Shown piece by piece: positions 51,050 to 64,000 of a stretch of 64,000 bases of DNA (within the stretch, counting starts at the first letter, position 1; every line of letters starts with the position of its first letter). The stretch comes from Octopus vulgaris (Eukaryota): positions 29,264,001 through 29,328,000 of the forward strand of contig OX597833.1 of assembly GCA_951406725.2 (NCBI GenBank), in the 5' to 3' direction. The notes beneath the pieces are model-generated. The model saw only the letters and a list, made by a program, of their open reading frames with translations, was not told the DNA's origin and did not search any database. The position numbers and the translations under genes are program-made.

Positions 51050-54000
51050 TATGTAAGCTTTTATGTATATGTATATGTATATGTGCCTATGCCCATGTAC
51101 ATGTGTATGTATATGTATGCGTATATGCAGACATATGTATCTTGTTATACATTTATCTACTTATTATTGAGGCTTTTACTTTTTCTTAGTTGTCTCTCTT
51201 CCATCTAACTCGTTTATAACTTGCCCTTCATAACACACATTCATGCTATTACTCTATGCTACTGTTATTCATATCTCTATCATCCTTATTTTGTCATTGA
51301 TGCTTGTAATTCTCATACCTCTATTGCTCATTTCCCAGTTACTCTCTCCTCACTATCATTGTAGTATGCTGATGATGTTATTAAGGATAATAATGGGTGT
51401 CTTCAGTTCACCTTACATTGCTTCCAGTGTAACCCAGGGATTCTTTATTCAATGCGTCCTTCTACACAACTAATCTTTCTCACTGATTGAAACCCTTTCA
51501 CTTCATATCCATCCTTCATCTTCTCCACCACCATATGTCTCTCACTCTCACCATGCACTTTCTCCCACCACACTCTTGCAACCTACCCGGGTACATGTCA
51601 TCACTCTCTTATCCTTCTCCTGTCTGCTATATCATACATCCATACACTCTGGCAACCACCTCTTGCAACCATCCACACACTTAGTTCTTCTGTCCCCATT
51701 TGCATTTATCCATATTATACTTAGTGGTTCCATCCAGACACCTTTTCACCACAATTTTTATCTCTTTCCAGCTCTGCCATGATTACTCTACCAAACCTTT
51801 CTTCTAAAATGTAGCTATGTAACCCCTTCACAGTAGTAAACCTGTTCTATTCTGGGCCTTTCTTTCATACTTTAACCCTTTCATTTCCTAGCATAAAGCC
51901 CCCTTTCTTGGGGTTTGTAATCATGCAAGCTGCATGGCAACCTCACTAATATGAGAAATTTACTGGCATGAAAAAAGCACCCACTACATACTGTAAAGTG
52001 GTTGACATTAGGAAGGGCATGCAGCCATAGAAACCATGCCAAACTAGACAGTGGAGCATGATGAAGTCTTTGGATCTATCAGATCCTGTCAACCTGTCCA
52101 ACATGGGACATGAACATTAAATGATATGTATATGTGTGTGTATATATATACATACATATGCCTATAAGAAGGGGAGAAAATTACAAAAGTTTAGAATCCT
52201 CCAACTTTTGACATGCCATTAAGGAAAAGGGCTGGTTTGTTGTCTGGAGATAAAAAGAACAGTCGTATATGCATGTTTTGCCACATTAGGCATCAGTAGT
52301 ACACATGAAAATCCTCTTCTCTCTAGAAAATAAACCTGTTTTTTCCTTAATGGTGTGTCAATTTGATCCTTGATCTTCCTTCTCCATCTGAAGCTGGCCT
52401 CAATATGTCTCTGTTGAATACTTCCCCACAATATTTCCTCCTAGTGCCAACTTATAACATTCTCTCCATCTCCATCTCCCACACTCCTTTTGCAACCGTG
52501 TGAGCTCACCCTCTCCACCCTCTCCAATCCTCAGTCCATATAACTATATGCACCTCCCTATAACTTGGTTGTATGTCTCCTGTCCCCTCCCTGTCACATC
52601 TTCAATAGATTCTCTCTCCATCCAAGGTAGCATTATTTCTCTTCTAATGCAAGATACCTTTCTGTACAACAATACTCCCCACCCTCACCTTACTGCTATT
52701 GTTGCTCATGCTATGTAAAAAGCACCCATTACACTCTGTAAAGTGGTTGTCATTAGGAAGGATATCCAGCCATAGAAAACCATGTGAAAATCAAACAGCA
52801 GGGCTTGGTGCAGTCTTCTGACTGGCCAGTTCCGGTCAAACTATCCAACCCATGCCAGCATGGAAAACAGTCATTGAATGATGATGAAAGTTCTCTGAAA
52901 TTAAACTGATTAAGGAAAAAGATATTAATTAGTAAATTGGTAGAAATAACTGAGGAATCGATAATTCTTTCTGTGTTTAAATATGTTCCTCTAAGCTGTG
53001 GGGACTCATAAACAGAAAGTTGTTTCAAGTGAATGCTATCCTACCCTTAAAATGGGTAGTTTTCTTTTTTTTATATTCTTATATAAATATAATAGAAACA
53101 TCAAAGATTAAACTTATTTTCCACCATGCCTCAAGAAGCCTATGTGAGGTTTCTCTGCTGCACATGATATGTCAGTTCACTTCATCATCATCTCACTTCA
53201 CAAGACACTACACATGACATACCACAATGCATTACCTAAAACTATATGAGCCAAAAAGCTGAAAAGTTTGATGCAGATGCACAATCTGCAAGAAATAGCA
53301 GTCAAATTTTCTCCAAACCCACTCTATCAACTTTCAACAGAGAGGTCACCTTGTTTAATCACCCTGATATACAGAAAGATGAGATGGTCATAGCTTGAAC
53401 ACCTTTGATCAAAGATAAACTCAATCAAGGTTGACTCTAAATTAATTAACAACTCACCATACCACAACATAACACCACAATTATATACCACACTGCAACA
53501 TCACCACACCACAATATACAGCACAACATACACCAAACCATAATGGACACTACAACAAATACTGTTCAGGATACATCATCATCATCATTATCATCATCAT
53601 TTAGAGTCCATTTTCCATGTTGGCATGGGTAAAATGATTTGACTGGAGCTGGTAAGTCAGAGAGCTGTACCAGGCTCCAGTCTGTTTTGGCTTCTGCAGC
53701 TGGATGCCTTTCCTAATATCAAACCACTCGACAGAGTATACTGGGTGATTTCTACATGTCAGTCACATGAATGGTTTTCATGCATCACCAGCACTGGCCA
53801 TGACCACACTTTCACTTAGCTTGGCATGTCTTCTCAAGCACAGCAAATCACCATATATGATGGTGGTTTCTCATAGTTCAAGGAAGAGAGTTCTGCAATT
53901 TTTTGCTGAACAACCTGCACAAATGATTTGCTTATTGTGATCAAATGTTTGTGCTGCACATTGTTAATTCACTCTCTCCATTAAATTGATGTTGCTTGAA

Positions 54001-55717
54001 TAGGTGCACAGTGTATCACACATCAGGTGTTGAAGTGATTGCAAAGCAATGTGAGATGAAGTGTTTTGCTTGAGAACACAGCGCACCACCCAGTCCAGGA
54101 ACTGAAACCATAATCTTGTGATTATAAGTGTAACATTTTGGACATTAGGCCATGTGCCCTTGACCAGGATACCATTATACAATAACATACACCACAACAC
54201 ACACTGCACTATAACTCAGCATTACGTTATAATCATACTACACAACATCATCATACCACAACACATTCAACAACACACCACATCACAACACCACACCACA
54301 ACATACAAAGCAGCATCCCACTACAACATACAGCTTGACATCACACCCCAGTTCACACCACTATACACTAAAATATGCATCATACAATAATTTACAAAAC
54401 TGTACTGCATCTCCACCATACACACAGACATACTACTACATACACTACAATGTATACTATAACATACACCATGCCACAATATATGGTATTACACTGCACT
54501 CTTACAATACTTTGCAAAACACATCAACCACATCACATCCCTCAACACAATGTACGGTAGTACATCACAACATGCTCACCACAACATATACCAACAGTAC
54601 ATCACACCATTAAATGAAGGAGCTTCTATATGGTCACTTCATCTTCTAGAAATAGTTGCTAGATTCCTCTCAAACCATACAGTACCATCTCAAAAAAGGA
54701 AGGCTGCAATTTGGAAGTTGGGTCCTGATGCATTGTTTGAAAATAAGATGGTTGGTTCTGGCTGTAGCCCTTTCATCATAGGTTTATTCAGTTAGGGTTG
54801 ACCTGGTGTTAAACAATATTAATGTTGCATCAAATATTACAACTGAGATCCCCTCCTACTTGTTGAGAAAAAAACGACAAATTGGAAAGTAAATGTCATC
54901 CAAAACATAAAACTAAATAAAAAAGAATGTTATGAACGGAATGTTTTTTCACCTTAACCCTTTAGCATTCAGATTCCTTTATCAAATGTAATGCTTATTT
55001 ATTCACATTGTTTGAATTAATCATACATTACCTTGTACCTTCAAGATTTCATTAGTGTGTTCATATATTAGTGTGTTCATGACATTGTAGGGTAGGTGTG
55101 AAAGGTTGTATCTGGTCAGTTTTAACACAAAACAGATAGAATATTTATGCCAGACATGGTCAGTTTAAATGCTAAAGTATTGAATCTGCTGGATCAGGGT
55201 TGACTGGAGAGCTGGGGTACTAAATAACAACATCAAGAGAGTGATGTAAGAACTAAAATTCATGATTAAATATGATACTGGCATAGTTATGTGGTAAGAT
55301 GTTTCCTTTTCAGTCACATGGTTTTGGGTTCAGTCCCACTGCATAGCACCTTGAGCCTCAGGCCAATCAATGCCCAGTGAATGAATTTGTCAATGGAAAT
55401 TGCATGGAAACCCACCATGTATATTTAGGAGCTCTGGTGGGATGGTATCCACTCCTGAGTATTTTCTATCTTTGAGCATGTGTACAGCCTCTTTGACTTC
55501 TTCCTGAAGAATTGAAGTATCCCCAAGTTCACTAGTTCCCATCTAGTTCTGTAGCATGCCAACAGATGACAGCACACAATTGCGTACACAAGGAGAGCTA
55601 GCAGGAACATTCACAAGGTAGTGTGCTAAGTGACATTGCTGTGTTTACTTCACAAGTTGTGAAATTTGTATTTTTATGATCATATGTATGCTGTAGTCTG
55701 TGATTTTGTCTTGGACA

Positions 55718-56420
55718 GGAACAAAGAGCCAACGTGAAATTTTGCGTTAAACTTGGGAAGTCTGCAACAGAGACATTGAACATGCTTTGGAAAAGCTTAG
55801 AGTGATGAAGCAATGAGTCATACACAATGTTTTCAGTTGTGCAGGTGCTTCAAAAGCAGAAGAACATCCCTGGAAGTCAATGAGTGATCTGGAAGACCTG
55901 CAACAAGCTTCACCCCTGGAAATGTGGTATGGTGCATCAAGAATTCATCCTCCAGGACCAGATCATCAATTGAGAGTTCTACTGTGATGTTTTGAAGTGT
56001 TTGAAGGAGGACATTCTATGAAAGCAACCAGATCTGTGGAGCGCAAAGAATTGGATTCTTCACAAGGACAATACGCCCTGTCACCGAGCTCTCCTCACCT
56101 TGTGAGTTTCTTGCCAATAACAACACAGTATCACTTCCACATCTACCCTATTTAGCCAGATTTAGCTCCTGCGGACTTCCAACACTTCCCTAAGATGAAA
56201 ATGCAGCTCAAAGATCACTGTTTTAACACCATTGTCAAGATCCAGAATGAATCATATAAGCTCCTTGACTCACTTACAGAAAACAACTTCTAGGCTAGAT
56301 TCCAAAAGTAGCAGGAATGTCAGGACAGGTGTATTGCTGCATCAGGTGACTATTTCAAAAGAGACGAGATTAAAACTTAGGTAAATAAATTATTTCTTAT
56401 TAAACAAGACTAGTACCAGA
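55718..56420 (+). mobile_element. Degenerate mariner transposase
   Basis: EQRANVKFCVKLGKSATETLNML, WILHKDNTPCH, PDLAPADF. Internal deletion and stops. Confidence 0.85.
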
Positions 56421-56939
56421 ACATTTTGATACCACCTTATATGTGTGGATATATATATATATATATATTGTGCCGGTACCATAGTAAAGGCACCCAGCTT
56501 ACACTGGCATTAGGAAGGGCACTCAGCCATAGAAACCAAGCCAAATCATATTGGAGCCTGGTGCAATTCCCTGGCTTGCTAGCTTTTGTCAAACCATCCA
56601 AACTATACCAGTGTAGAAAATGGACATTAAAGATGATGATGCTGATAATTGCAACACATTTTTTCTCTCTCTCTCCAATTTTTTTCTTCTCAGTCAAAGA
56701 GCGTAGGCTTGAAACGGCAAAGCTATTTCCGTTCTTTCAGAGTGTCAAACTAATACACCTGCTTGTTGTTCTCTCACCTGTCTTTATAGTTTATTTTCTG
56801 TACATTTAAACTCACAGAGACAATGTGGCTGATGTCAGTCTCATGTAACTAGCTCCTGTACCAATGGCATGTAAAAAGCACTTTTTGAGCATTGGGCCTC
56901 ACAGAGGCAATAACAAATGGCCACGACCTTTGACAACAA

Positions 56940-59900
56940 TCAGTAATTCAATCCTCAATAGAAAATCTGGACGCAATCCTCAAGGCATCCTACATACAAA
57001 TCAAAGATTCCATCGAAACCTCCAGACTAACCTAAATTTTGGGGAACCAATTCCTACCAGGAAGAACTTACCTCTGAGACTTTACCCCCATCATGGCTAC
57101 CTCAACTAGTCAACTAGACAAAACCTGACTAGACAACATAACCTCTCCCTCCACCCATATTACAATATTAAAAATCAATTTAACCCAAACCACATCAGCC
57201 ACAGACGATATAACAACCCTCAGTACAACCATAATCCAGTACACTACACAGCCACTCCACCACAAACACACTTTACACCCATTTTTTCCTCAGCAAACCA
57301 AACAAAATACAGACCTTCCACATTAATCCACCTACTACAACCATTTTTTAGACCTAAATCAGAGAAACAGAGATGTGAAATGGAACAAAATACACACGAA
57401 CAACTGAAAATAATCAACCTATCAAAGAAAATCCTGACTATTACACAAACCAAAATTCTAGCAAGAGGTTTAAAATTTACTCCAGATTGGATCCAAATGA
57501 AATTAAGGACAATACTATGGATTTCTGCCGAAAATTACGCCTCACAGAAGCACTTCACAACTACACCAGCGAAAATGACTCAATAGTAAAAAACAAAAGT
57601 GAATACTGGCCTACAAAAGGCAGAAATAAAGCACTAGATTTTTTTTCTGAACACATAACCTGTTTTCCTTTTAATACCCTACAAAAACAACAAATTAATT
57701 CCAACCTTAATATAAATGAATGGAAAGACCTTGTCGAGTTAAAAAATGATATAAACCTCACTATTAAAGAAGCCGACAAAGGAAGTGCAGTAGTGGTGAT
57801 GGACACAGAGTACTACAAAAATTTAATACTTTCCATGTTGTAAAATAATATTTACTATGAGAAGTTAAAACAATACAACCCACAGAAAACACTGAAAAAC
57901 TTATCCTCCTTACTTCAATTTCATGGAAAGGGTCTCACTAAACATGAAATAAACTATTTATCCAATTTTAAATACAGTCTTAGTCTATTCTATGGATTCC
58001 CCAAAATACATAAAAATCCACGTATTTGTAAAGCCTGCAAAGTTTCTACAAGCCTAATTAATGTCCCTCCCCCTACTGACCTCAAACTGAGACCCATCAT
58101 AGCTGGCCCTCTTTGTGAAACTCACCATTTGAGCAACTTCCTCAACATCTTACTCAAACTGTTTTTAAAATATGTGAAAAGCTTTATCAGGGATGACTTA
58201 GACATGCTGAATCACCTCCTGAAGACAGTAAAGGAGGAACCCTGCTAGTATCTTTCGATGTGGTGAATTTGTACACCAATATCTCACATGACAATGGTAT
58301 AGAAGCAATCACCTTCTGGCTAGAAAAATACCCAGAAGAGATCCCAGGACGCATTAACCACAGTTTCATAATCGAAGCACTCAAATTCACCCTGCTGAAC
58401 AATTATTTCATGTTCGATACAACTTACTATCAACAAAAATGTGGAATTGCAATGGGAACCAGAGCTGCTCCAGTAATTGCAAACCTTGTAATGGGCTACC
58501 TAGAACTCAAGTTATACCAATCATCACTAGAAAAATATGGCACCTCATTTAATTGCTATTTAAAGGAGAACTGGAAGAGGTATTTGGATGATTGCTTCAT
58601 ACTTTGGAAAGACAGCATGGACAAACTCCTTGATTTCAAAATAATGCTTAACAACATTAATAGCAACATACAATTCCCCATGGAACACAACAGTAAACAA
58701 CTCCCTTTTCTTGACATCCTAATTAAAATAGTTAACCACATCGAAACAGACATCTTTTGTAAACCCACTGATTCTAAACAATACCTATTATTTAACTCTT
58801 GCCACCCCAAACACATAAAAATTAATATACCTTTTAATCTAGCGAAAAGAATCTGTACCATAGTTTCGGATACCCATACTCATGAACAAAGACTCCTTGA
58901 ACTTAGAATCAACACTAATTAAAAGACATTACCCAATCTCATTAATAAATGATGGCATTAAACGAGCTAAGGAAATAGATATACAAATATTAAGGGAAGC
59001 CATCCGAAATACTAAACCAGACTTCAAAATACTCCCGTACATTTCCACACATAACCCTAGAAACAACGAAGCCTTCAACATTATCACCCAAAATCTTCCC
59101 ATCCTCACAGGAGACAAAACAATGAACGAAATTTTAAGCTCATACAAAATTATAAAAAGGAAAATGCAACCGAAGTCACTAAAAAAATATTAACACTGAC
59201 AACAGAGCCAAAAGTGAAAAAATGTGGTCGTCCTAACTGTGGAACATGCCCCTACCTTTTGGAGGGTTCAGAATTCCACTTTAAACAAGGTGAAATATTT
59301 AAGATCAAATCAAATTTCACCTGTGCCTCAGAAAATCTAATCTATGCCATGACATGCTTAGGATGTGGTAACAACTATATTGGACAAACAGGAATATCAC
59401 TCCGTCGAAGAACCACTATCCACAAAGAACAAATCTGCCACCCACAATACAGACAGTTACAGGTAAATGAACACATAGAAAGGTGTGCTAGGAATCTTAA
59501 TCCTAATTTCCAAATTTTCCCCTTCTATCAATGTTCACAGAACACCTCAATGCAACAAAGAATGAATAAAGAGGCAACTTCCATCAATAAATATCTTCCC
59601 CAACTAAATATGAACACATAACATAATACAGAACACTACTAACCCTTCATTTAATACCACTAACCCCATACATCCCTTACACCATTCTCATTACAATTCT
59701 ATATCTAACCTAATTGCACAAAATCCAGAACTACTTACCTCCCTTACAAATAACCTTTTTGCTCAGGAACTATTAGACCTGACACCATTCATTAGCCAGT
59801 GTTCATTCAAAGCAATGTATAGTATCTCACGAAACTGCGGTATGTTTGAATCTCTTTAATAATCTCATAATAATGACTTTTATGACTTTTATTACTTTTA

Positions 59901-60060
59901 TTCCTACCTCAGTTCATCTAATTGTATATATCTGTTGTTACCTTTCATAAAAAGCCTTTACTTCTTTTATTTACAATGTGCATTTTCGTTGATTTTTCTT
60001 ACTTTCCCCTTACATTACCACGTGTAGTTTCCATTTTCTTTTTATAACATATTTCTGTTA
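56940..60060 (+). mobile_element. Near full-length Penelope-like element (Neptune-like), disabled by frameshifts and stops
   Basis: IINLS...LARGLKF, TIKEADKGSAVVVMD, FYGFPKIHK, GIAMGT, RYLDD, LPFLD, CGRPNCGTC linker, IYAMTCLGCGNNYIGQT (GIY-YIG). Confidence 0.93.
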
Positions 60061-60970
60061 TATATATGAAATACAAAAATGAGACAAGAATGCAAAACAT
60101 CCAGACAGTTAGGTGAAACAAAAAAAGGAAAATAAAATATCCAGATAGACGATACAAGGAAAACAAGGATGGATCATTCAGTTTTCTATCCTCAGGCGAG
60201 TTCCAGATTATCTTTGCAATTGCTCCAATCTGGCCAGCCCCAAGGAAAAATAGAGCATTACATTCCTTGAAAGAAAGCAGCGAATGTATATGAAAACAAG
60301 GACGGAAAAAACCTCAGAAATGTTACACAAATATAAATAACAGGACATAACAACCGGTGTATTTTGACTAAGGACAAATTGAATTAAGCTGGCATGTGTG
60401 GAAGTGAAGCTTTACTGCAGGGACATAACATTTAACAAGCACAGGAAGGAATATACATTGTGAAATTTATAACCTGGTAGAGAACTCAATATATATATAC
60501 TTCAAAACAAAGTGTTGGTCAAGTACACTTCATATTCAAGGCTCCAATGAAGCTAGATGATGTTACTCAGGCACTTAACTGTAAGTCCACTGCACCTTAC
60601 AGCAGAAACATCTGTAAGTCATGGAAGTTCATAAGATAATCATTTATTCCTTTGTCACCTCATTTTCTTTTATACATATATGTGTGTGTGTGTGTGTGTG
60701 TATTTTTGTGTCTGTTCCCCCACCACTATTTGATAACAGTGACACTGTGACCAGCAGTGTCAAATGAACGCCTGACGGACTGGTTGGTCAAGGTGATGTA
60801 TATATATACTTATATATATATATATATATATATATATGTTAAAAGGTTGGGAGATGATGTACAGGTATTTTATATTAGAAGAAATGAGGTACTCAGAAAT
60901 TCGGATGGTTTTATATTTACAAATATTTATTTGTATATTACATGCTTTTATACATCATATATTATATATC

Positions 60971-61063
60971 ATATATCAGCGCTTTCGTCCATTGTAGTGG
61001 AGTTTTCAAATTGAACTGTTCAAGTAGAAAACTCCACTAGAATGGACGAAAGCGCTAATATAT
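60971..61063. repeat. ~93-bp near-perfect inverted repeat
   Basis: atatatcagcgctttcgtccattgtagtggagttttc pairs with gaaaactccactagaatggacgaaagcgctaatatat. Inner ttgaac/gttcaa also pairs. Confidence 0.88.
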
Positions 61064-61329
61064 TCTTGACTGTTGTTGGTGGTGATGTAGGTGGCTGCTG
61101 AGGGTTTGTTTTGAAGAAGGAGGGTAGTATGAGTTGTTGTTGTCTTTATTGTTGTTGCTGCTGCTACTGATGTCTTATTGCTGTTATTGTTGTTAGTTAA
61201 TGGTGGTGTAGTTAGTGATGTATTCAATGTTACACACACACACACACACACATACACACACACACACACATACACACACACATGCGCGCACACACACCTA
61301 CATGTCTTAGATGGACATTTCAATTGTGT

Positions 61330-62345
61330 GGGAGTATCTGATAGGAGAGGGGGGATGCAAAAGCCTCACAAACCTGCTCAGATGTTTTCAATTGTCTGAC
61401 AGGTACTGACTAGATTACCTGAATGTGCCAATGTGGACTTCGACAAATCACATCGGATCAACTAGATTGTATTTAGATAGAGTATTCTGTAGGCCAGCAG
61501 ATAAAGATAGCATAGGTTGTCCATAATTTCACTTAGTCGGCTACATAGACCACAAATTCATGATCTGTACGGTCCCGGTTACTGAAAGCTAAATATGTCA
61601 TTACTGGCAAGCTTACAGAGACCAGATTAGCATTTTAGTTGATGGGCACAGTCATCAACAACAACTGGTGGTTTGCTCTTAAAAGGGCAGTTAGAGTAGA
61701 ATCAATTAGGTTTAGCAAGGCTTTAGCAGTAGAGAGAAATAGAATAGAGGGAGATTTCCTTAGAAATTTTCGATGAGGCGCTTAGGACAGGCATTGCAAC
61801 TGACGTGTTGGCAGTGAGGTTGGCCCTCAATCAATTTTTCAATGTCAAGCACAAAGGCTGCATTGTTCACTAAGCAGGGAGTAAACGAAAGCCACCTGAT
61901 GAGCCTGAGTAGCAGTGACAAAACATGACAACAAAGCCACTAGTTGGTCTTTGGTGGACCAGACCGGATGCGAGGTGTTCGAACTAAAACAGATGTGTGT
62001 GACCTTTCAGCAGCATTTTGCTCGACTGTTCAGGATGAATGGTAGGACAGATAACAAGGCAGACTTTGGTGTCTACCTGGACAGCCTGCCACCACTCAGT
62101 GAGTGAAGCAGAGTGTTGCAAAAGGCCAATAACAGCTGCAGAGATACAGGAGGTGATGAAGAGCTGCACAAGAGACAGATCGCTGGGTTTAGATGGTCTG
62201 CTCTACAAGCTTTATATTTCAATGCCAGACTTGTTGGTGGGCCTCTTAGCAGACATCTACTGCAACTGGCAACGGAATGGGAGAATTCCCACTTTTGTCT
62301 GTCGATGGGTGGTGACACTGCTGAGAAAAGACCCAAACAAGAGTG
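61330..62345 (+). mobile_element. Tx1/L1-clade LINE fragment (EN-RT linker)
   Basis: Opposite-strand homolog of 44880-45780 (NNNWWFA, CEVFELKQMC, GLDGLLYKLY, VTLLRKDPNK). Confidence 0.82.
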
Positions 62346-63169
62346 GAATTTGGTCATTCCATGTCTGATATTTTTTGGCCATAATTTCCACAGAGCACCC
62401 AATGGATAATTTTTGCCACATTGTCATGTCTTTTGTATTCACATTACGTCAATTTTGGGCATTCACTAACAATGTGCCACACTATTTTACCCCTCTCACC
62501 ACACATTCTGCATTTGTCACTCTCGGTTGTTTTATCAATACTGCACTTCATATAGTTTGTTATCAATGCCTGTTCTTGTCATTTCTTCTTTTGAGTTTTT
62601 TTTTGTTCTTTAAATTTTTCTTAACACAAGTTTCTTTCTTAACATCAGTTTTGATGATGCCAGACTTTTTTGTATGCATCAATAATGATTCCATGACATT
62701 TTTACACACTGTTTTCCTCTGATTCAGCACAATCCTGACAATTGATCAAACCTCTCCCATCCTTTTTCTCTTGAAAAATACAACTGATCAGTGTCACTCT
62801 TGGGATGGAATACTCCATACAATGTCAATAATTTCCGTGTCTTCATATCTATACTCATTAGTTCATTCTTTTGCTAGCTTACAATTCCAGCTCCATACCA
62901 AAGTAATGCTATCACCTACGTATTTACTGTTTTGTCAGCATCATTATTATTATTACATTTAACTTCTGTGGTATGAAGATGTTACCAAATGAAATTTTTA
63001 TTGGATACTTGTAAAAACGACTACAGCTGTCTAAATGCCCTCAAAAGCCTCATATTATGCTCTACAACTAAATACTACAATGATACCGTCTCACCCCAAA
63101 CAACACAAATCGAGGCACACAGCTGAATGTACAGGAAGAAGAAAATGAACAAACAGTATAGTGAACAAT

Positions 63170-64000
63170 TCATCATCATCATCATCATCATTCATTTAGC
63201 GTCCGTTTTCCATGCTAGCATGGGTTGGACGGTTCAACTGGGGTCTGGGGAGCCCGAAGGCTGCACCAGGCCAGTCAGATCTGGCAGTGTTTCTACAGCT
63301 GGATGCCCTTCCTAACGCCAACCACTCCGAGAGTGTAGTGGGTGATTTTATGTGCCACCGACACAGGTGCCAGACGAGGCTGGCAAACGGCCACGCTCGG
63401 ATGGTGTTTTTTATGTGCCACCGACACAGGTGCCAGACGAGGCTGGCAGACGGCCACGCTCGGATGGTGTTTTTATGTGCCACCGACACAGTTGCCAGAT
63501 GAGGCTGGCGAACGGCCACGATCGGATGGTGTTTGTTACGTGCCCACAGCACGGAGGCCAGTCGATGCGGTACTGGCTATGGTCACGTTCGGATGGTTTT
63601 CTTGTGTGCCACCGGCACTGGTACCACAAAGATACAAATTCCATTGATGTTCATCTATTTTGATTTGTTTTGATTTGATTTGATTTGATTTTCACTTGCC
63701 TCAACAGGTCTTCACAAGTGTCACAAGAAGGAAGGCTGGTATGCACGGCCACGCTCGGATGGTGTTTTTTATGTACCACCGACACAGGTGCCAGACGAGG
63801 CTGGCAGACGGCCACGCTCGGATGGTGTTTTTATGTGCCACCGACACAGGTGCCAGATGAGGCTGGCGAACGGCCACGATCGGATGGTGTTTGTTACGTG
63901 CCCACAGCACGGAGGCCAGTCAATGCGGTACTGGCTACGGCCACGTTCGGATGGTTTTCTTGTGTGTCACAAAGATACAAATTCCATTGATGTTCATCTA
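63170..64000 (-). mobile_element. Young RTE-associated 3' repeat with internal ~62-bp tandem units and a ~270-bp block duplication
   Basis: (CAT)n tail at 63170. Unit ttttatgtgccaccgacacaggtgccagacgaggctggcaracggccacgctcggatggtgtt. 63388-63660 is repeated from about 63746. Confidence 0.8.

Noticed and set aside
54180-54610. His/Thr/Gln-rich ORFs
   Set aside because: CA-rich low-complexity sequence with no splice or domain support.
63345-63900. Regularly spaced repeats as a CRISPR-like array
   Set aside because: Units are contiguous with no unique spacers, there are no cas genes, and the context is a eukaryotic retro-repeat. The same applies to 4072-4195.

Overview
AT-rich, repeat-dense eukaryotic (animal) genomic DNA. 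The SINE/LINE repertoire and long (TA)n tracts resemble an octopus/coleoid cephalopod genome (inference). One host gene is supported: the last four coding exons (+ strand, 13801-21170) of a NEMO/optineurin-like coiled-coil protein with a UBAN motif and C-terminal zinc finger. Its 5' exons were not found and probably lie upstream of the window. The rest is mobile DNA: a near-intact CR1/L2-group LINE (one frameshift, CCCH-finger ORF1) and relatives that abut (TA)n tracts; RTE, Tx1/L1, R4/Dong and Penelope remnants; two solo LTRs; two non-autonomous Helitrons; mariner remnants; several MITE families (one carrying TTAGGG repeats); and many tRNA-derived SINEs. Notable non-coding structure: a well-formed minimal hammerhead ribozyme motif, a 445-bp spacerless palindrome, a ~93-nt hairpin, and three short local templated duplications, one copying part of a coding exon. 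I found no evidence for a new multi-gene system. Most long ORFs in the track are translations of microsatellites.
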